This document shows, piece after piece, positions 47,430 through 61,105 of a stretch of DNA of 64,000 nucleotides. How positions within the stretch are numbered: position 1 is the stretch's first letter; every line of letters begins with the position of its first letter. The DNA comes from the human T2T-CHM13v2.0 reference genome, Homo sapiens. The notes below the pieces were generated by a model, which searched no databases, was not told where the DNA came from, and worked only from the letters and a program-made list of their open reading frames with translations. Location: the NCBI RefSeq assembly GCF_009914755.1, contig NC_060931.1. One strand, written 5' to 3'. A program made the position numbers and the translations under genes.

Positions 47430-48760
47430 TCATTCTTAGATACAAATGTCAAGCTAGGAATCAGCAGGCTGTGGGGATGGAAGCTTCCAATGTGAAAAAT
47501 AGAAACTAATACAAATTGAAGGGGGACCTAGAGGTAACAAAGACAATGCAACAGGCAGAGAAATTTTCAAACTCAAGATTCTTTAAGTTGGAAATCTAAC
47601 AGAAATGACAATAAAATGTAAAAATAAAATAAGGGAGAAAAACCCTGAGAAAATTCGACTTCAAGAAGTCCAATATCCAATCACTAACTTTCAAGAAAAC
47701 AGGAAAAAAGAAATGGAGAAGAGAATGTCATTAGGGAAATAATACTAAAAAAAGTTTTCCTCCAAAGTGAAGAAAGTAAGTGCCCAGATAGAGCGCACAA
47801 AGTATGCGATGAGAAGGATGAAATAATATCTACCACATCATGACCTTTTACGGGACTAAAGAGAGAAAGATGAACCCAAAAGGTGCCAGAGGAAAACAAC
47901 TAGCCACACACAAAAGGAACTAATGGTAGAATAGCACCAGACTTTTGAAAAGCTACACTCCATCTTAGAATACAGTCGAACAAAGCCTTTAAAAGTCTGA
48001 GGAAAAATAAAAATCAACAACCAGGCAAACCAGTAATTGAGTACAAAAATAAAAAAGGAAATGTTCAAACATGTCAGACAAATGTATTTTAAAATTATCT
48101 CTGTGACTCTCTTGGAAATTACCTGAGGATATGATCCTCAAAAGGATGAAACAGACCAGAAAGAGACCAACCTGGGGTCCAAAACACAATGAATCCAATG
48201 CAAGAGAGGAAAGGGGAATTCTCAGGATGGTGGTAAACAAAACTCCAAGGGAATCGCTAAACGGAAGCCCAGGGAAGGACGGGTCTAGGATGGAACCAGA
48301 GACAGAGGCTCCAGGAGGGAGGCCCCAGGGGATAGGAGTGGGAGAATTGAAATAATGGATTTTATACATTTGACAAAGTACAAAATAAGTGTTTACAGTT
48401 CAGCTGTAGATCTGGAGAGGAATTAATCAGCATACAGAACACCAAGGAAAACAAAATATTAGCAATAATTAACCACAGGAAAAATTTTAAGTTACCAAAT
48501 AAACAATTATTTATACCACTTAATTCAGCAGTAAGCAATATTTTTACAGTCATAATAATGTAACTGCGGACTATGGTTTTACGTATCAGAATTGCTGAGT
48601 TTCCAAAGATCTGAAAGTGGCTTTCCCTAGACAAAGGGATACACAGGGTGGGGAAGACAGATGGGGCAAGGGACCACTGACGTACTTGATTATAAAAAGT
48701 TGAATAATGCCAAAAGATATGCATGTATATACAAAGCAGTGAAAATTCAGTTTAAAAACA
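47430..48760 (+). mobile_element. HAL1-like (L1 ORF1-derived) element
   Basis: ORF1-like remnant followed by the recalled HAL1 motif (gaggatatgatcc...accagaaagag...ggggaattctcaggatg). Confidence 0.55.
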
Positions 48761-49629
48761 TACTAATAACTAACATACCCATTGTAGAGCACATTAATAG
48801 AAAGAAAGTTGTTCAATTAACTTACATGGAGACCTCTTGATCTTTGCCAAAAAATACTTCTAAGGAACAAATCATAAAAATGTTCCAGATAACATTAAAA
48901 TAGCTGTTCGTATTCACCACCAAAAGAAATAATACAGTATATTTTAACCTTGGCTTGAAAACCATTAAAGAAAAACCTTCCAAAAAAAAGAAAAACTTTC
49001 CATACTGAAATTACCAACTACAAACTACCAGATCATGCGAAGGTATGGAGTTACAGTCATCTTACCTGGAGAATGAGGAGTCGGGGAAATGTGTAATCAC
49101 AAAAGCAGACATTTAAGAATCCGCCCCCCAACATGCAGTATGTTACCTTTCCCTCCAATGTGTCGTTAGTTCAATAAATGAGTCTAAGTAAAATTAACTG
49201 AGGAAACTATTAGAATAATTATAAAATTACATGTATGACAGCTAAAAATGGAGCACAATAGGATCCTGAAAAATGGCAATATTAGAAAGAGTAAACTTCC
49301 ACCTATCAAACCAAAACAATGCATACAGAAATATCAGCTGAAGAACAGCAAAATCCTGGGACCTCAGAATCCTTCGGAAATGAATTATTACAGAACAGTA
49401 ATATTCTGGAACATCAGAACAGAAAAGAGAACGGAAAGTCTAGATCCTTCTTAGTGTCATGTATCTTTAAAACATTTTAAGTAAAACTTTTTATGAAATA
49501 TAAATACCACTTACTTTGGCAATGAAATAAACACTTTTTTCTTCATTATGCAGGATCTTTAAACAAAAATTAACTAAAGCTGCAGACAATTTAATTGCTG
49601 TGGAAAGAACACTTAAAATGTATTCTCAG

Positions 49630-49845
49630 AGACAGTAGAGCACACGTTTTGGAGCCACTGTTGGTACTCAAATCCCTACTCTGCCAGTGACTAGCTCTGT
49701 GACCTCGGAAAAGTTATTTAATATCCTTGTGTCTCAGTTTCCTCATCTATAAAGCGGTTTACCTATCTCATGGGAAAACCATATGGATTAAATGAGTTTC
49801 TGATAGTAAAGAGTTTAGAGCCTCGCACATAAGCGTCATACATGA
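49630..49845 (+). mobile_element. MIR
   Basis: ctagctctgtgacctcgg...tctcagtttcctcatctataaa core. Confidence 0.85.
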
Positions 49846-50516
49846 ACTGAACTTCTGCAATCAAAAACAGTCTTCAGTGAAGATTGGAATCTGCAGAAGG
49901 AAAGCTTCAGAATGAGTCCATTGGAAAAATACTTCCTAAATTGGTAAACGCTAGTAAAGCTTATGTGATAGATAATATGTTTTTATTGTGCCTTTCATAT
50001 ATGGCAACCATAAGCTAAGTTTTTCTTTCAATATTTTATTATTAATTAATTTATTCAATCAAAAAATATTTTGGAAGGCAAGCATTCTTCTGGGTCACTT
50101 GCAAACACTACCTTATTCCATTCTCACATAGAAGACAGAGTCTCTTAAACTCATTTAGGTGTTCTTCCCTCTACTCAATCACTTCTTTAAAAATCATCTA
50201 TAATCTTCCATTTCAGTTAACCTAATAAAACACTGCACCTCCCTTTTACAACCCTAAAAGACCTCTGTTACTTTATATTTTCTTTTACATTTAAAGGCAA
50301 ACCAAAGAACTGGCAGTCACTCTAAGTTCTGCTCACATCATTTATTCAAACTATATAAAAACTCAACCTTAACAGATTCCACCCACAATTTAGAGCTTCT
50401 ATACAGCTTTTTTTGGTCTTCTAGCCTTAATCATGACAGCCTAAGTTTGCCAGACATCTAAGGAAGGCACCTAACATGGAAGGTAGAGACCAAAGGATGT
50501 TTAAAAAAACAAGCTA

Positions 50517-50851
50517 GGCCGGGCACAGTGGCTCATACCTGTAATCCCAGCACTTTGGGAGGCTGAGGCGGGCGGATCACCAGGTCAAGAGATTGAGACA
50601 ATCCTGGCCAACATGGTAAAAACCCCTCTCAACTAAAAAATACAAAAATTGGCTGGGTGTGGTGGTGCGTGCCTGTAGTCCCAGCTACTTGGAAAGCTGA
50701 AGCAAGAAAAAATTGCTTGAACCCAGGAGGCCAAGGTTGCAGTGAGTCAAGATCGTGCCATTGCACTCCAGCCTGGTAACAGAGCGAGACTCCAGCTCAA
50801 AAAAAAAAAAAAAAACAAAACAAAAAACAACAACAAAAAAAACCCACACAC
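50517..50851 (+). mobile_element. AluS (Sc-like)
   Basis: Full dimer; TSD acaagcta. Confidence 0.92.
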
Positions 50852-50859
50852 ACAAGCTA

Positions 50860-52045
<1,186 letters not shown>

Positions 52046-52046
52046 C

Positions 52047-53595
52047 TGACTCATGCCCAAAATCTCCACATTTTATTTGTGTGAGCCTGGATGAGCCTGG
52101 ACCAGATTCTTGTCTGTATTTTATCTTGGCTCCACATACTTTACTGCTGGCATCAGTTAAAGACACTTATATCACTCACAGAAGTTGTTCTGCTTTGATA
52201 TGCTCCAGAGAGCCAGGGTAAACAGTGGTGAATTTAGAAAGAGGGAACAGCTCTTCCCCTCATGATATTTCTGCTGGATATTCAGTACCTGGCCACTACA
52301 TTTCTGCCAGATGTCCCTACCGACTGAGTCCTACATTTATCCCAGGCTCATGACGTTGCCTACTGATGTCCTGAGGAATCAGGCTCCTGGTTGAAAACCT
52401 ATATGGGATTTCTCAGGCCTGGCCATATGCAAGGCTTTGCCTGACAGGCCTCACAGGGAAAAGAAGCCCTTCACACACCAGGCTTGGTGCAGAGCCAGTG
52501 TACTGTAGTCTCTCAGGGGAGTTGCAGTCAATGACTCAGCCACTTCTGGGTGATAAAGCTCTTCTTATATTTGCCTTCCTAGCCCAGGCACCTTTATTTC
52601 CTGGTCCTTTTCTCTGCTGTGGCCTGGCGGAGAGGGGCTCCTTGAACAGGCCGCTCCCCACTCTGACTCAGACTCTGCACTCTTTGGCTCCTAGCCCTTC
52701 TCCTTTGCCCCATCACTTCAAGAACCATAAACTACAGGAGCCTTTTGTTCCCTTTTGATGGGGGTGAGACATCCTGATCGTCACATCTCACGTATACCAT
52801 TACAGTAAATGATTAAAGGCTTAACTCTCACTTTTGGCTTGTCGCTTTAACCAGCCACTCCAATACCTGGCAGCTCAGCTCCCTCCCCTAGCTCAGCTGC
52901 GCTCCTGACAGCCTCAGAAAGTTCCCTCAGGGAACCTAAAGACCATGACTCAGAAATTCTCTTCTTCTGGGAACTTTCATCTAACAAGGGCAATAGTGTC
53001 CTCCCCTTAAGCAGCTAGGTTTGTGCCTGATACTCAGTTTTTCAAAACTAAACACACCATATTTAAGGGTAAACACATGAGTGGCACAATCATAAAGAAA
53101 AACAAGGAAAACATTGGTCCAAAAGTTAGGATGTCATTTCTTCTGAGGGTTGAGGGAAGGAAAGAGAATGTATTAAGAAGGAATTTTAAGGGTATGAAAG
53201 CTCTGATAATTTATTTATTTTTCTAATCTGTGTCATGGGTACATAAGTATTCATTTTACTAATCTTTAAACATGTATATAAAGATTTTACACAATTCCAT
53301 AGTCATAACATTTTACACATAAAAAAGTATTTTACTGGTTATTTATTTACTGGGTCATAGATAATACACTCATATGATAGCAATGCATAAAATAAAGTAA
53401 GAAATTTCACACAGCTGTTTCTTATAAGATCCTCAATATAAACTGAAGGGATAATTTAAAAGTAAAGTTCCAGTAAAAGTATTGCATGGGATACAATAAA
53501 CAAAAGTCCAAGTAGGCAGCAGTGACTGGGCAGCTGTCAGTCAATAATGAGACACTCCGCAGGGGCATTGTTCTGTCTCCCCCAGGATGACTCAT
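52047..53595. promoter_or_regulatory. Candidate intronic enhancer: five TGACTCA (AP-1) sites
   Basis: TGACTCA at 52047, 52532, 52664, 52946 and 53588. Motif evidence only. Confidence 0.35.
52390..52910 (+). mobile_element. ERVL-class solo LTR (MER73/MER74/LTR53-like)
   Basis: 3' end gattaaaggctt...tttggcttgt...gctcagctgcgctcctgaca resembles this family; 5' boundary approximate. Confidence 0.6.
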
Positions 53596-54189
53596 CAGCC
53601 ACACTCACTGCCCACTGTTTTCTCCAGAAGACCTCCTCAGATGGCACTTGTTCTAGAATGGAATCAAAGGCTGAAGAGTCTAAAAATCTAATGGGTTATT
53701 TTGGGGGCAACCTCAGATAGGATACTGAATGGGAAAGAACTCAGAGTCTAACATAAGATCTAAAAATCAACTTAAGTACTTTTATAATTCTACCATATTT
53801 CTCTTATTTTAGGCAAAGGAATTTTTGTCTATTCTTCAGCTCCAGTTTTAAGGAGAGTAGTAGGAACTCTGAAGACAGAGGCAGCAGTAATCAGGGGAGA
53901 ACGATACAAAGAAATGAAGCTCAAAAAGACAGCACCAGAGTCCTCTCTGGCCAGCCACAGGCCTGGTCTGTGAAAACCCTGAGTGGTTTCAGGCATCATT
54001 TCACCATCCTAAGATTCAAAACAAATCAAGCAATCAAAGGCAGGGCTGCTAAGTAAGCAGCTGCACAAGCAGAGCAGTGGGAGAGGTGAATGGGACCAGG
54101 GCCTCGCTGCTGGGGAGAGGAGGAAGGGGTGGGAGACTAGATGGGGGTAGCAAGGGGACCCAAGGGAAGTCCAATTAAAAAGTTTTATT

Positions 54190-54496
54190 GGCCAGGCACA
54201 GTGGCTCACACCTGTAATCCCAGCATTTTGGGAGGCCGGGGTGGGTGGATCACCTGAGGTCAGGAGTTTGAGACCAGCCTGACCAAAATGGTAAAACCCT
54301 GTCTCTACTAAAAAAAAAAAAAAAAAAAAAAAAAAATTAGCCAGGTGTGGTGGTGCGCGCCTGTAATCCCAGATACTCAGGAGGCTGAGACGAGAATTGC
54401 TTGAACCCGGGAGGTGGAAAATGCAGTGAGCTGAGATCGCACCATTGCACTCCAGCCTGGGCAACAGAGTGAGATTTCGTCTCAAAAAAAAAAAAA
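54190..54496 (+). mobile_element. AluS (Sp/Sq-like)
   Basis: Full dimer; TSD aaaaagtttt. Confidence 0.92.
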
Positions 54497-56089
54497 GTTT
54501 TGTCTTAATTTTGTCATGTGAGAGAGAAGGTAAGGGATGAACACATTCTGAGGCGGATGGGAAGGAACCAGGAAAGCAAGCCTGAAGGACAGCAACAGGC
54601 AAAGAACTGGCAGCCAGTAGGGATAAATCTAATACCTACAAAGGAATGAGCCTTAAACAAAGGCACTTTTTTCGATGATTCTCTGATTCCACCAGGCCTC
54701 TGTATCTCAGTATTGTACTCCCTCTTTTATTTCAGCTAGTCAGAGTATTTCTGGCACCCTTTTCAAAAGAGAAAGAAAAAATCTCCTGCTTATAAACCCT
54801 GTTATTGTTTGCACTCATCCTTACATAGCAGTAAAATTTATAATAAACTTTATAGACATATGTATTTTTCCAGAGAACTGTTAAACATATACATTATTTA
54901 ACAGCTTAATACACTATCCAATCTATTCTTCCTCAACAATGCACCATAACCTAGCTAACCCCGAACTCCAAAATAATACTAAAATCACACTAAAGTGCAA
55001 AGAATAAAAGTTTTAGTATCACCTGCTTGATATCTGCCTTAGAGTCCAACACCAAAAGTTTTTTGTATTTATCAATAAGAGAAACTTAAGCATATATGAA
55101 TTTCCTCCAGAAGAAACTAGGGGGAAAGTTCTAACTGTCCAACAACCAATGCTCCTTCTTACTTGCAGAACAGAGATTTCCACACACTGGGTCTTAAGAA
55201 ACTGGCCTTCAGAAACTGTTAGTCTGTGGCTAAGAAATATCAGGGTATCTTATGAAATACATAACGTAAGTATAAATCAATACAGCTTCAAAAAATAATT
55301 AACAATGAGTATTTTAAAAAAAATACTAAAATACTGAGAATTCCAGAAAAAGAATTATACCATGAGTAGGCTGTGTTTGCAAAACAGATCTCACTTCATC
55401 TCCTCAAGTTAGAGCTTGGCAGCCTGGCTCCATTCACCATTTGCCTGTTTTCTATTTTCCCTTCTTCCATTTCTGGCGAAATGGACTGGCTTACCTGGCT
55501 TCTAAAAACTTATATGTATATTATTTCAAAACAAATATACTTCTGAATTTAAAATGTCACAGTCAATCTGCCTGCAAATTTCTAACCTGCTAGACAAATC
55601 TCAACTTTTATTTCTCAGTACATAATACAATTTATTTTTTTAATCCTAAAAACAACTTTAGATACCCTCCTCTTTATTTTTAACCCATATTTTAAGAAGT
55701 CTGCAGCTTTATCCCTTTCATAAAATTACAAGGGTGACTAACCATCAAGGAAGAAAATATTAAGAACTAACTAGTAATCTGAAACCTCTAAATGTACTTC
55801 AGGTCAAAAAACATACAAAAATGCAATGAAAAACACTGATAGAAAAGAAGTGATAAGAGACTCTATTCAAAATAATATACATCAGGATCAATTTTGGAAA
55901 GAACCTTCAGTTAACGATGCCTTTGAATAGAGCTAAAGAGATGGTTCCGGGTTAAGAAAAAGCCCACAAACACAAAAGGAAAGCTGGAAAAATGAAAACA
56001 TGTGCTGCTAGTGCAGACCACCATGGGGTCCAAGAGTTGGGTAACACAGAAGGGGCCAGCTAAAGCACAAAGCAGTCAAATGGGCAGAG

Positions 56090-56260
56090 TGAAACAAGCT
56101 ATAGCCACTGACATTGGAAGAACCAGAGACAGCCATCTGGAAAGACCCAAATGCTCTAAGGTAAAAGCTGCCCTCATGCCACCTTAAGCAGTAGTCTACA
56201 GACTTTTTTACACCAAAACTACAGTAAGAAGGCTTTACACAACTCAGCACACACACGTGT

Positions 56261-56293
<33 letters not shown>

Positions 56294-56308
56294 TTATAGC
56301 AAATAGAA
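56090..56308 (+). repeat. Dispersed direct repeat, copy 1
   Basis: High identity to 58324-58527. Confidence 0.92.
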
Positions 56309-56465
56309 GTTTCTCTAAATAGTATCTATCCTTATTAGTGTGGTATATGATATTATTTACTTTGCAGCATTTTTTTTTCTTCATCTAAAATGAAATGGGC
56401 TCAACCCACTGAATCAATTTTAAAACTCTCTAATAAGTGATGCCCTGCAATTTGACAAACACTGT
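56188..56465 (-). mobile_element. hAT-Charlie remnant (Charlie18a-like) with internal (TG)n
   Basis: Reverse-orientation similarity to the element at 19050-19286; ends tttgacaaacactg. Confidence 0.5.
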
Positions 56466-57218
56466 GCTGAAGTAGTCACTGCTTGACTTTGGGGACTGGG
56501 GAAAGTCAAGTGTTCTATGAGATCATACTTCAGCTTGAATCCTGTTCTTATACTGGTCAATTTTTGTACTTATTTCACTTGCTTTGGAATAGGTTTCAAC
56601 CCAGTCAGTTACCAAGGCCTTTCATCATCCAGCACAACCTCTGTTCCAATCTGAATCCTCCACAACACTCCCTGAAGAACATGCATCCCAGCAAAACTGA
56701 TCTGCTTATTACCTGCTTTCCACATACTAGATTTTGGCCTTTGTCTCTCCCTGGTATGCTTTTATCTTCATGGTTTATTTCCACCTATTCAAATACCTCT
56801 GATTCTACAAGGTCACACTAAAGTAGCCCCTCCATGCAGAACAAATTTCTCCTGCCTCTGAAGTTCTAAGCACTTAATTTTTCCTTCCTGTCTATCTTCC
56901 ATTCACACACACCCTGCTGCACTCCCATGCTCTCAGAGCCCAGAGTTTTAAGAAACTACTTGGTATGAATAGTGTGTGTTGACTGAACAACTGAATATGC
57001 ATCTCCCATGTAGACAAAAAACTGTCTACCAGGCACCACAGGGTTAGGTCAGGTCAGGGCCAAAACCACCAAAAACCCCTCAACCAAAACCAGGAACTTT
57101 TATTCTCTTCAGTAGATGTTGTGCCTTCTGCCTTTGAAAAAACAGTTATAACAAGCATTACAAGAAAATGTGAATGCTTTAACGGATGTTTACAAATTCT
57201 TCTTTCAATTAAAAAAGT

Positions 57219-57391
57219 AGCCAGGCATGGTGGCACACACTTGTAGTTCCAGCTACTTGGGAGGCTGAGGCAGGAGGACTGCTTGAAGCCAGTGGTTTGA
57301 GGCTATAGTGCTCTGTGACCACATCTGTGAATAGTCACTAGACTCCAGCCTGGGTAACAATATAGCAAGACCCCATATTTTTTTAAAAAAA
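57219..57391 (+). mobile_element. Alu right arm / FRAM-FAM-like monomer
   Basis: Single diverged Alu arm. Confidence 0.82.
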
Positions 57392-58323
57392 GGGTAGCAT
57401 AAGTGCAGATTAGCAGCTTAGCAGTAATGCCATGTTTCATATTTTAACTTCTCTTATGTAAAATCTAATCTCCCAAATGTAATAAAGCTACCCATAGACA
57501 GATGGGCAGTACTCAGCAAAATGAATAGACACCACCAAGTTTCTCTCCCTCTGGCTCATTACGATGCAAGCACACAGGCCCACTTTCCCTCAAGTCAGCC
57601 TCCTTTTCTCATTACCATATTCTTTTGGTTTAACTTATTTCCCTGCATCTTGTTTCAAAAACAAAATCTTTCACAATCATCTTTTAATCATGCATTTTTA
57701 TTTTAGTCTCCCCAATTAAACAAAAGAATTTTCTTAGACCTAAGTCAGAAATAGTAACATCAAAGTGTCTTAAATCTATATGCAAATATATTTTACATTG
57801 ATCTTCTAACAGCTTCCTCTTTTGACAAATGCTTATCAAGTAACTGCTAGATACTCAAACGGTGGGCTAGAAACTCAACACATCTTTGAGGTACTAAACT
57901 GAAAATGCCACACTTCCAAAGGAAAGGAGATAATGCGATAATAGCAAATTCAAACTCATTATCCCAAATTGAAAATCATATACAATTCTCATAATTCTGT
58001 ACTACAAAGAATCAATAAGCAGCAAGGAAGAAAATTCTAAAGATAATCTCAAGGTAAAATACTTCAAACATATATACAGAATAATAAATTGGCAAAAAAG
58101 AAGTAAACATAAAAAGCCTTAAAAAATTAGTCTTTTAGTTTTAGGAATGCTGCTCAACTGTAAAGTAAATCAGGTCAGATACTAAATATTGTACAGAAGA
58201 CACTTCTAAATATTACATAGAAGATACTTCTACTTTAACATTAATAAAGAGCTATTAATATCATTTGATAATGAGTGGTCTTTTCCCTTATATTTTATGT
58301 AAACAATATATACTGGATGGAGC

Positions 58324-58527
58324 TGAAACCATCTACAGCCATTGACATTGGAAGAAGAACCACAGACAGCCATCTAGAAAGACCCAAATGCTCTAAGGTA
58401 AAAGCTGCTCCCTCATGTTACCTTAAGCAGTAGTCTACAGACTTTTTTTACACCAAAACTACAGTAAGAAGTAAGACTTCACACATCTCAGCACACACAC
58501 GTATACACGTACATACAGCAAATGGAA
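58324..58527 (+). repeat. Dispersed direct repeat, copy 2
   Basis: Shares gaaagacccaaatgctctaaggtaaaagctgc, accttaagcagtagtctacagacttttt and acaccaaaactacagtaagaag with copy 1. Confidence 0.92.
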
Positions 58528-58621
58528 TATACTGTTCCATAACAATATATTAGATATTCCATAACAATATATGGAATATATATTGCTTATGTTCAAATGC
58601 CTATGAATATTCAAAATTTAT

Positions 58622-58912
58622 GCCAGGCACTGTGGCTCATGCCTGTAATCCCAGCACTTTGGAAGCTGAGATGGGCAGATCACTCAAGCCCAGGAAGTTG
58701 AGACTAGTCTGGGCAACATAGCAAACCCTGTCTCTACAAAAAATACAAAAAAATTAGCTGAGTTTGGTGGCGTGCACCTATAGTCCCAGCTACTCAGGAG
58801 GCTGAAGTGGGAGGATCGCTTGAACCCAGGAGGCGGAGGTTGCAGTGAGCAGAGATCACACTACTGCACTCCAGCCTGGGTGACAGAGTGAGACCCTGTC
58901 TCAAAAAAAAAA
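58622..58912 (+). mobile_element. AluJb/S-like
   Basis: Full dimer. Confidence 0.9.
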
Positions 58913-59140
58913 GTAATTAAATTTATCAAGTATTCCCAATTCTATTTACATCTCTAAAACTATCTTAAGTGTGATGGGCCATGGCAGTGGTGAAATCATG
59001 CAAATAATGAATTTTATGATAATAAGATATTTTAGGATATTTTCATAAAACTGAACTATAAATTAATCAATGATTAACTATTAACTAATCAACTATTTTA
59101 TTTTAGTATATCTTATAAACACATACTAAAATATTCTTAC

Positions 59141-59234
59141 CTTAAATATGTGCCATATATGAAGAATAATGCCATCATTAGTCCATTTAAAATAAAAATT
59201 ACAGCAACATAAAAGCAAGCAGGATCTCCCAATC
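59141..59234 (-). CDS. DPY19L1: DPY19L1 coding exon (probably exon 6), 94 nt: (G)LGDPACFYVAVIFILNGLMMALFFIYGTYL(S)
   Basis: tttaaag| acceptor, AAG|gtaaga donor; phase 1 in, phase 2 out; hydrophobic TM segment. Confidence 0.95.
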
Positions 59235-59419
59235 CTTTAAAAATAAACAAAACATATGTTCTAATCACATTAACCCAAATTACCTTACGTGTCTAGCAAT
59301 TTATATTAAATTGTGTTCATTTTGAAAATGGTTGCCAGATATATTAAATAGCTGCCTTGGTTCCCACATGAAAACACAACACTACTGCAGAACATAGATG
59401 AGACCAGGGTAATTAGCAA

Positions 59420-59981
59420 TGATGGTTTTAAAACAGGGCTGCAAATTCACTGATACGCCTCCTCTGGAGGTATGGGGTCTATAGCCCCCATTTTTGAGTT
59501 TCATTGGGCTTGTGACTCTTTCAACAGAGTATGGCAGAAGCAACACTATGTGACTTCTGAGGCTAGGTCATAAGAGGTCATACAGTGTCCAGCTTGGAGC
59601 CTTCAGCTGCCATAGGAAAAGCCTTACTACTACTCTGAGGTACTTTGCTTTCAAAAAGCCCAAGTCACCCCGAAAGGCCACATGTAGGTGTCCCAGCTGA
59701 GAGTTCCAGCTGAGCTCAGCCTCACAGTCCTCCATGCCCAGGAGCCAAAATGTGAGCAATGTAGCCTCTCAGTTAATTCCAGCCTTCCCAGACATTTGAG
59801 TCTTAGTAGCAGAGGTCCCTGAAATCATGGACATAAACCAGCCCCGCTAAAGCCTGCCCAAATTCTGGACTTGCAGAATCTATATATGCATAATAAAATG
59901 GGTGTTGTTTATACCACTAAGTTTACAGTGTAAGTTTATTATGCTAGATAAGTTTATTATGTTACAACAGATAACTGGACA
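59420..59981 (+). mobile_element. MaLR solo LTR (MLT1G/H-like)
   Basis: tgatggttttaaaa...tgtgacttctgaggctaggtcataa...cagataactggaca. Confidence 0.82.
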
Positions 59982-60002
59982 ATATTACAGAAAGAAACTT
60001 AC

Positions 60003-60123
60003 CTTCACAGCTTTCAATAGGACTGAGTCCTTCTCCTCTGGTAACCGTCCAACATATCTTGGTTTGAATACCAATCAAGTCCATTATTTTGGTATAAATC
60101 CGGTACCAACTGGCCAAAATTAC
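60003..60123 (-). CDS. DPY19L1: DPY19L1 coding exon (probably exon 5), 121 nt: VILASWYRIYTKIMDLIGIQTKICWTVTRGEGLSPIESCE(G)
   Basis: aaatag| acceptor, GAAG|gtaagt donor; in frame with neighbouring exons. Confidence 0.95.
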
Positions 60124-60660
60124 CTATTTTAAAAAATACAGAGGCATCTTAAGAAAATATACTAAACAATTTTCATTACTAGAATACTTTTGAGATACTT
60201 TGACAATTACCATATTTTCCCTTTCCATACCATCCACTTGGCTCCCTTTAAATGTAGTAAAACAAGGCTCAGAATCTCCTAGGCAGATTCTTCACTGGTC
60301 AGTTTTCAATTGTTCATCCATGGGTAAGGACAAAATATGGGCCAAAAAAAAGTGCTAAATTTATGTTTTTCAAAAGCTCTACAACTCTACTAAGAGACAC
60401 AAAAGAAGATTTGCACAAGTAAAAGATACTGGGTCTACTGGAATAGACCGAATTATTTAAGATATGAATTCTCCCTCAAATTAATTCATAAACATAAAAT
60501 AATTCCAGTCAAAATTCCAAGTGTCTAAAATGTATCTAGAAAACTAACAAGAAAATTAAAGGGAATGTTTTAACAGATATTAAGTCTTACCACTTTTAAT
60601 AATTAAAATAGTGTGATACTGGCACAAGAATGGCTAGACAGATCAATAACCATGGTACAA

Positions 60661-61105
60661 GCGGTGGCAAGCCACCCCAGATTCCCTCTTCCGGGCTGAG
60701 GCACTCATTCCTCCAGCTGGTTAGAAGACTGGTGCCTGAAAGCTTGAAGCTGTGTCCCTCCATGGGAACTGCCCATGGCTGAAGAAAGTAAATTCACTCA
60801 AGGTGACATCCCCTACCCACGGGCAATCTGCATCTGATGACCGACTAGTCAATAGGGAAAGACATCAAGGCCAGGGGCCCTTCTCACAAGGTAGGACAAC
60901 TCTGCAAAGCCATCCCAGATCCAGAGCTGCCCAGGGACTGGATGAGGCCTTCACAGTGACTGTATCAAAGCTCTCCTCTTCCTCCTACCTCATTCTGCTT
61001 CATTCATCCCCCTTCAGGTGTTGGCCCTAAGGACACTCCCTCGACTACTTCCTGCATGCAAATCTCCATCTCAAAGTCCACTTTCCAGGACCTCAACCTA
61101 AGGCA
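60661..61105 (+). mobile_element. LTR16-like (ERVL) solo LTR within L1M remnants
   Basis: gggaactgcccatggctgaag...cttcctgcatgcaaatctccatctca...aacctaaggca. Confidence 0.8.

Noticed and set aside
54009-54602. Longest ORF in the track (197 aa, minus strand)
   Set aside because: Mostly antisense Alu translation ([14 protein letters not shown]...); not a gene. The same applies to ORFs at 5855, 17253, 43257, 46075 and 50685.
55361-55501. Possible cryptic minus-strand exon (tttttag|AAGCCAG...CATG|gtataa, with an internal CAG|gtaagc)
   Set aside because: Weak polypyrimidine tract and distal donor; in-frame stop; no support from sequence alone.
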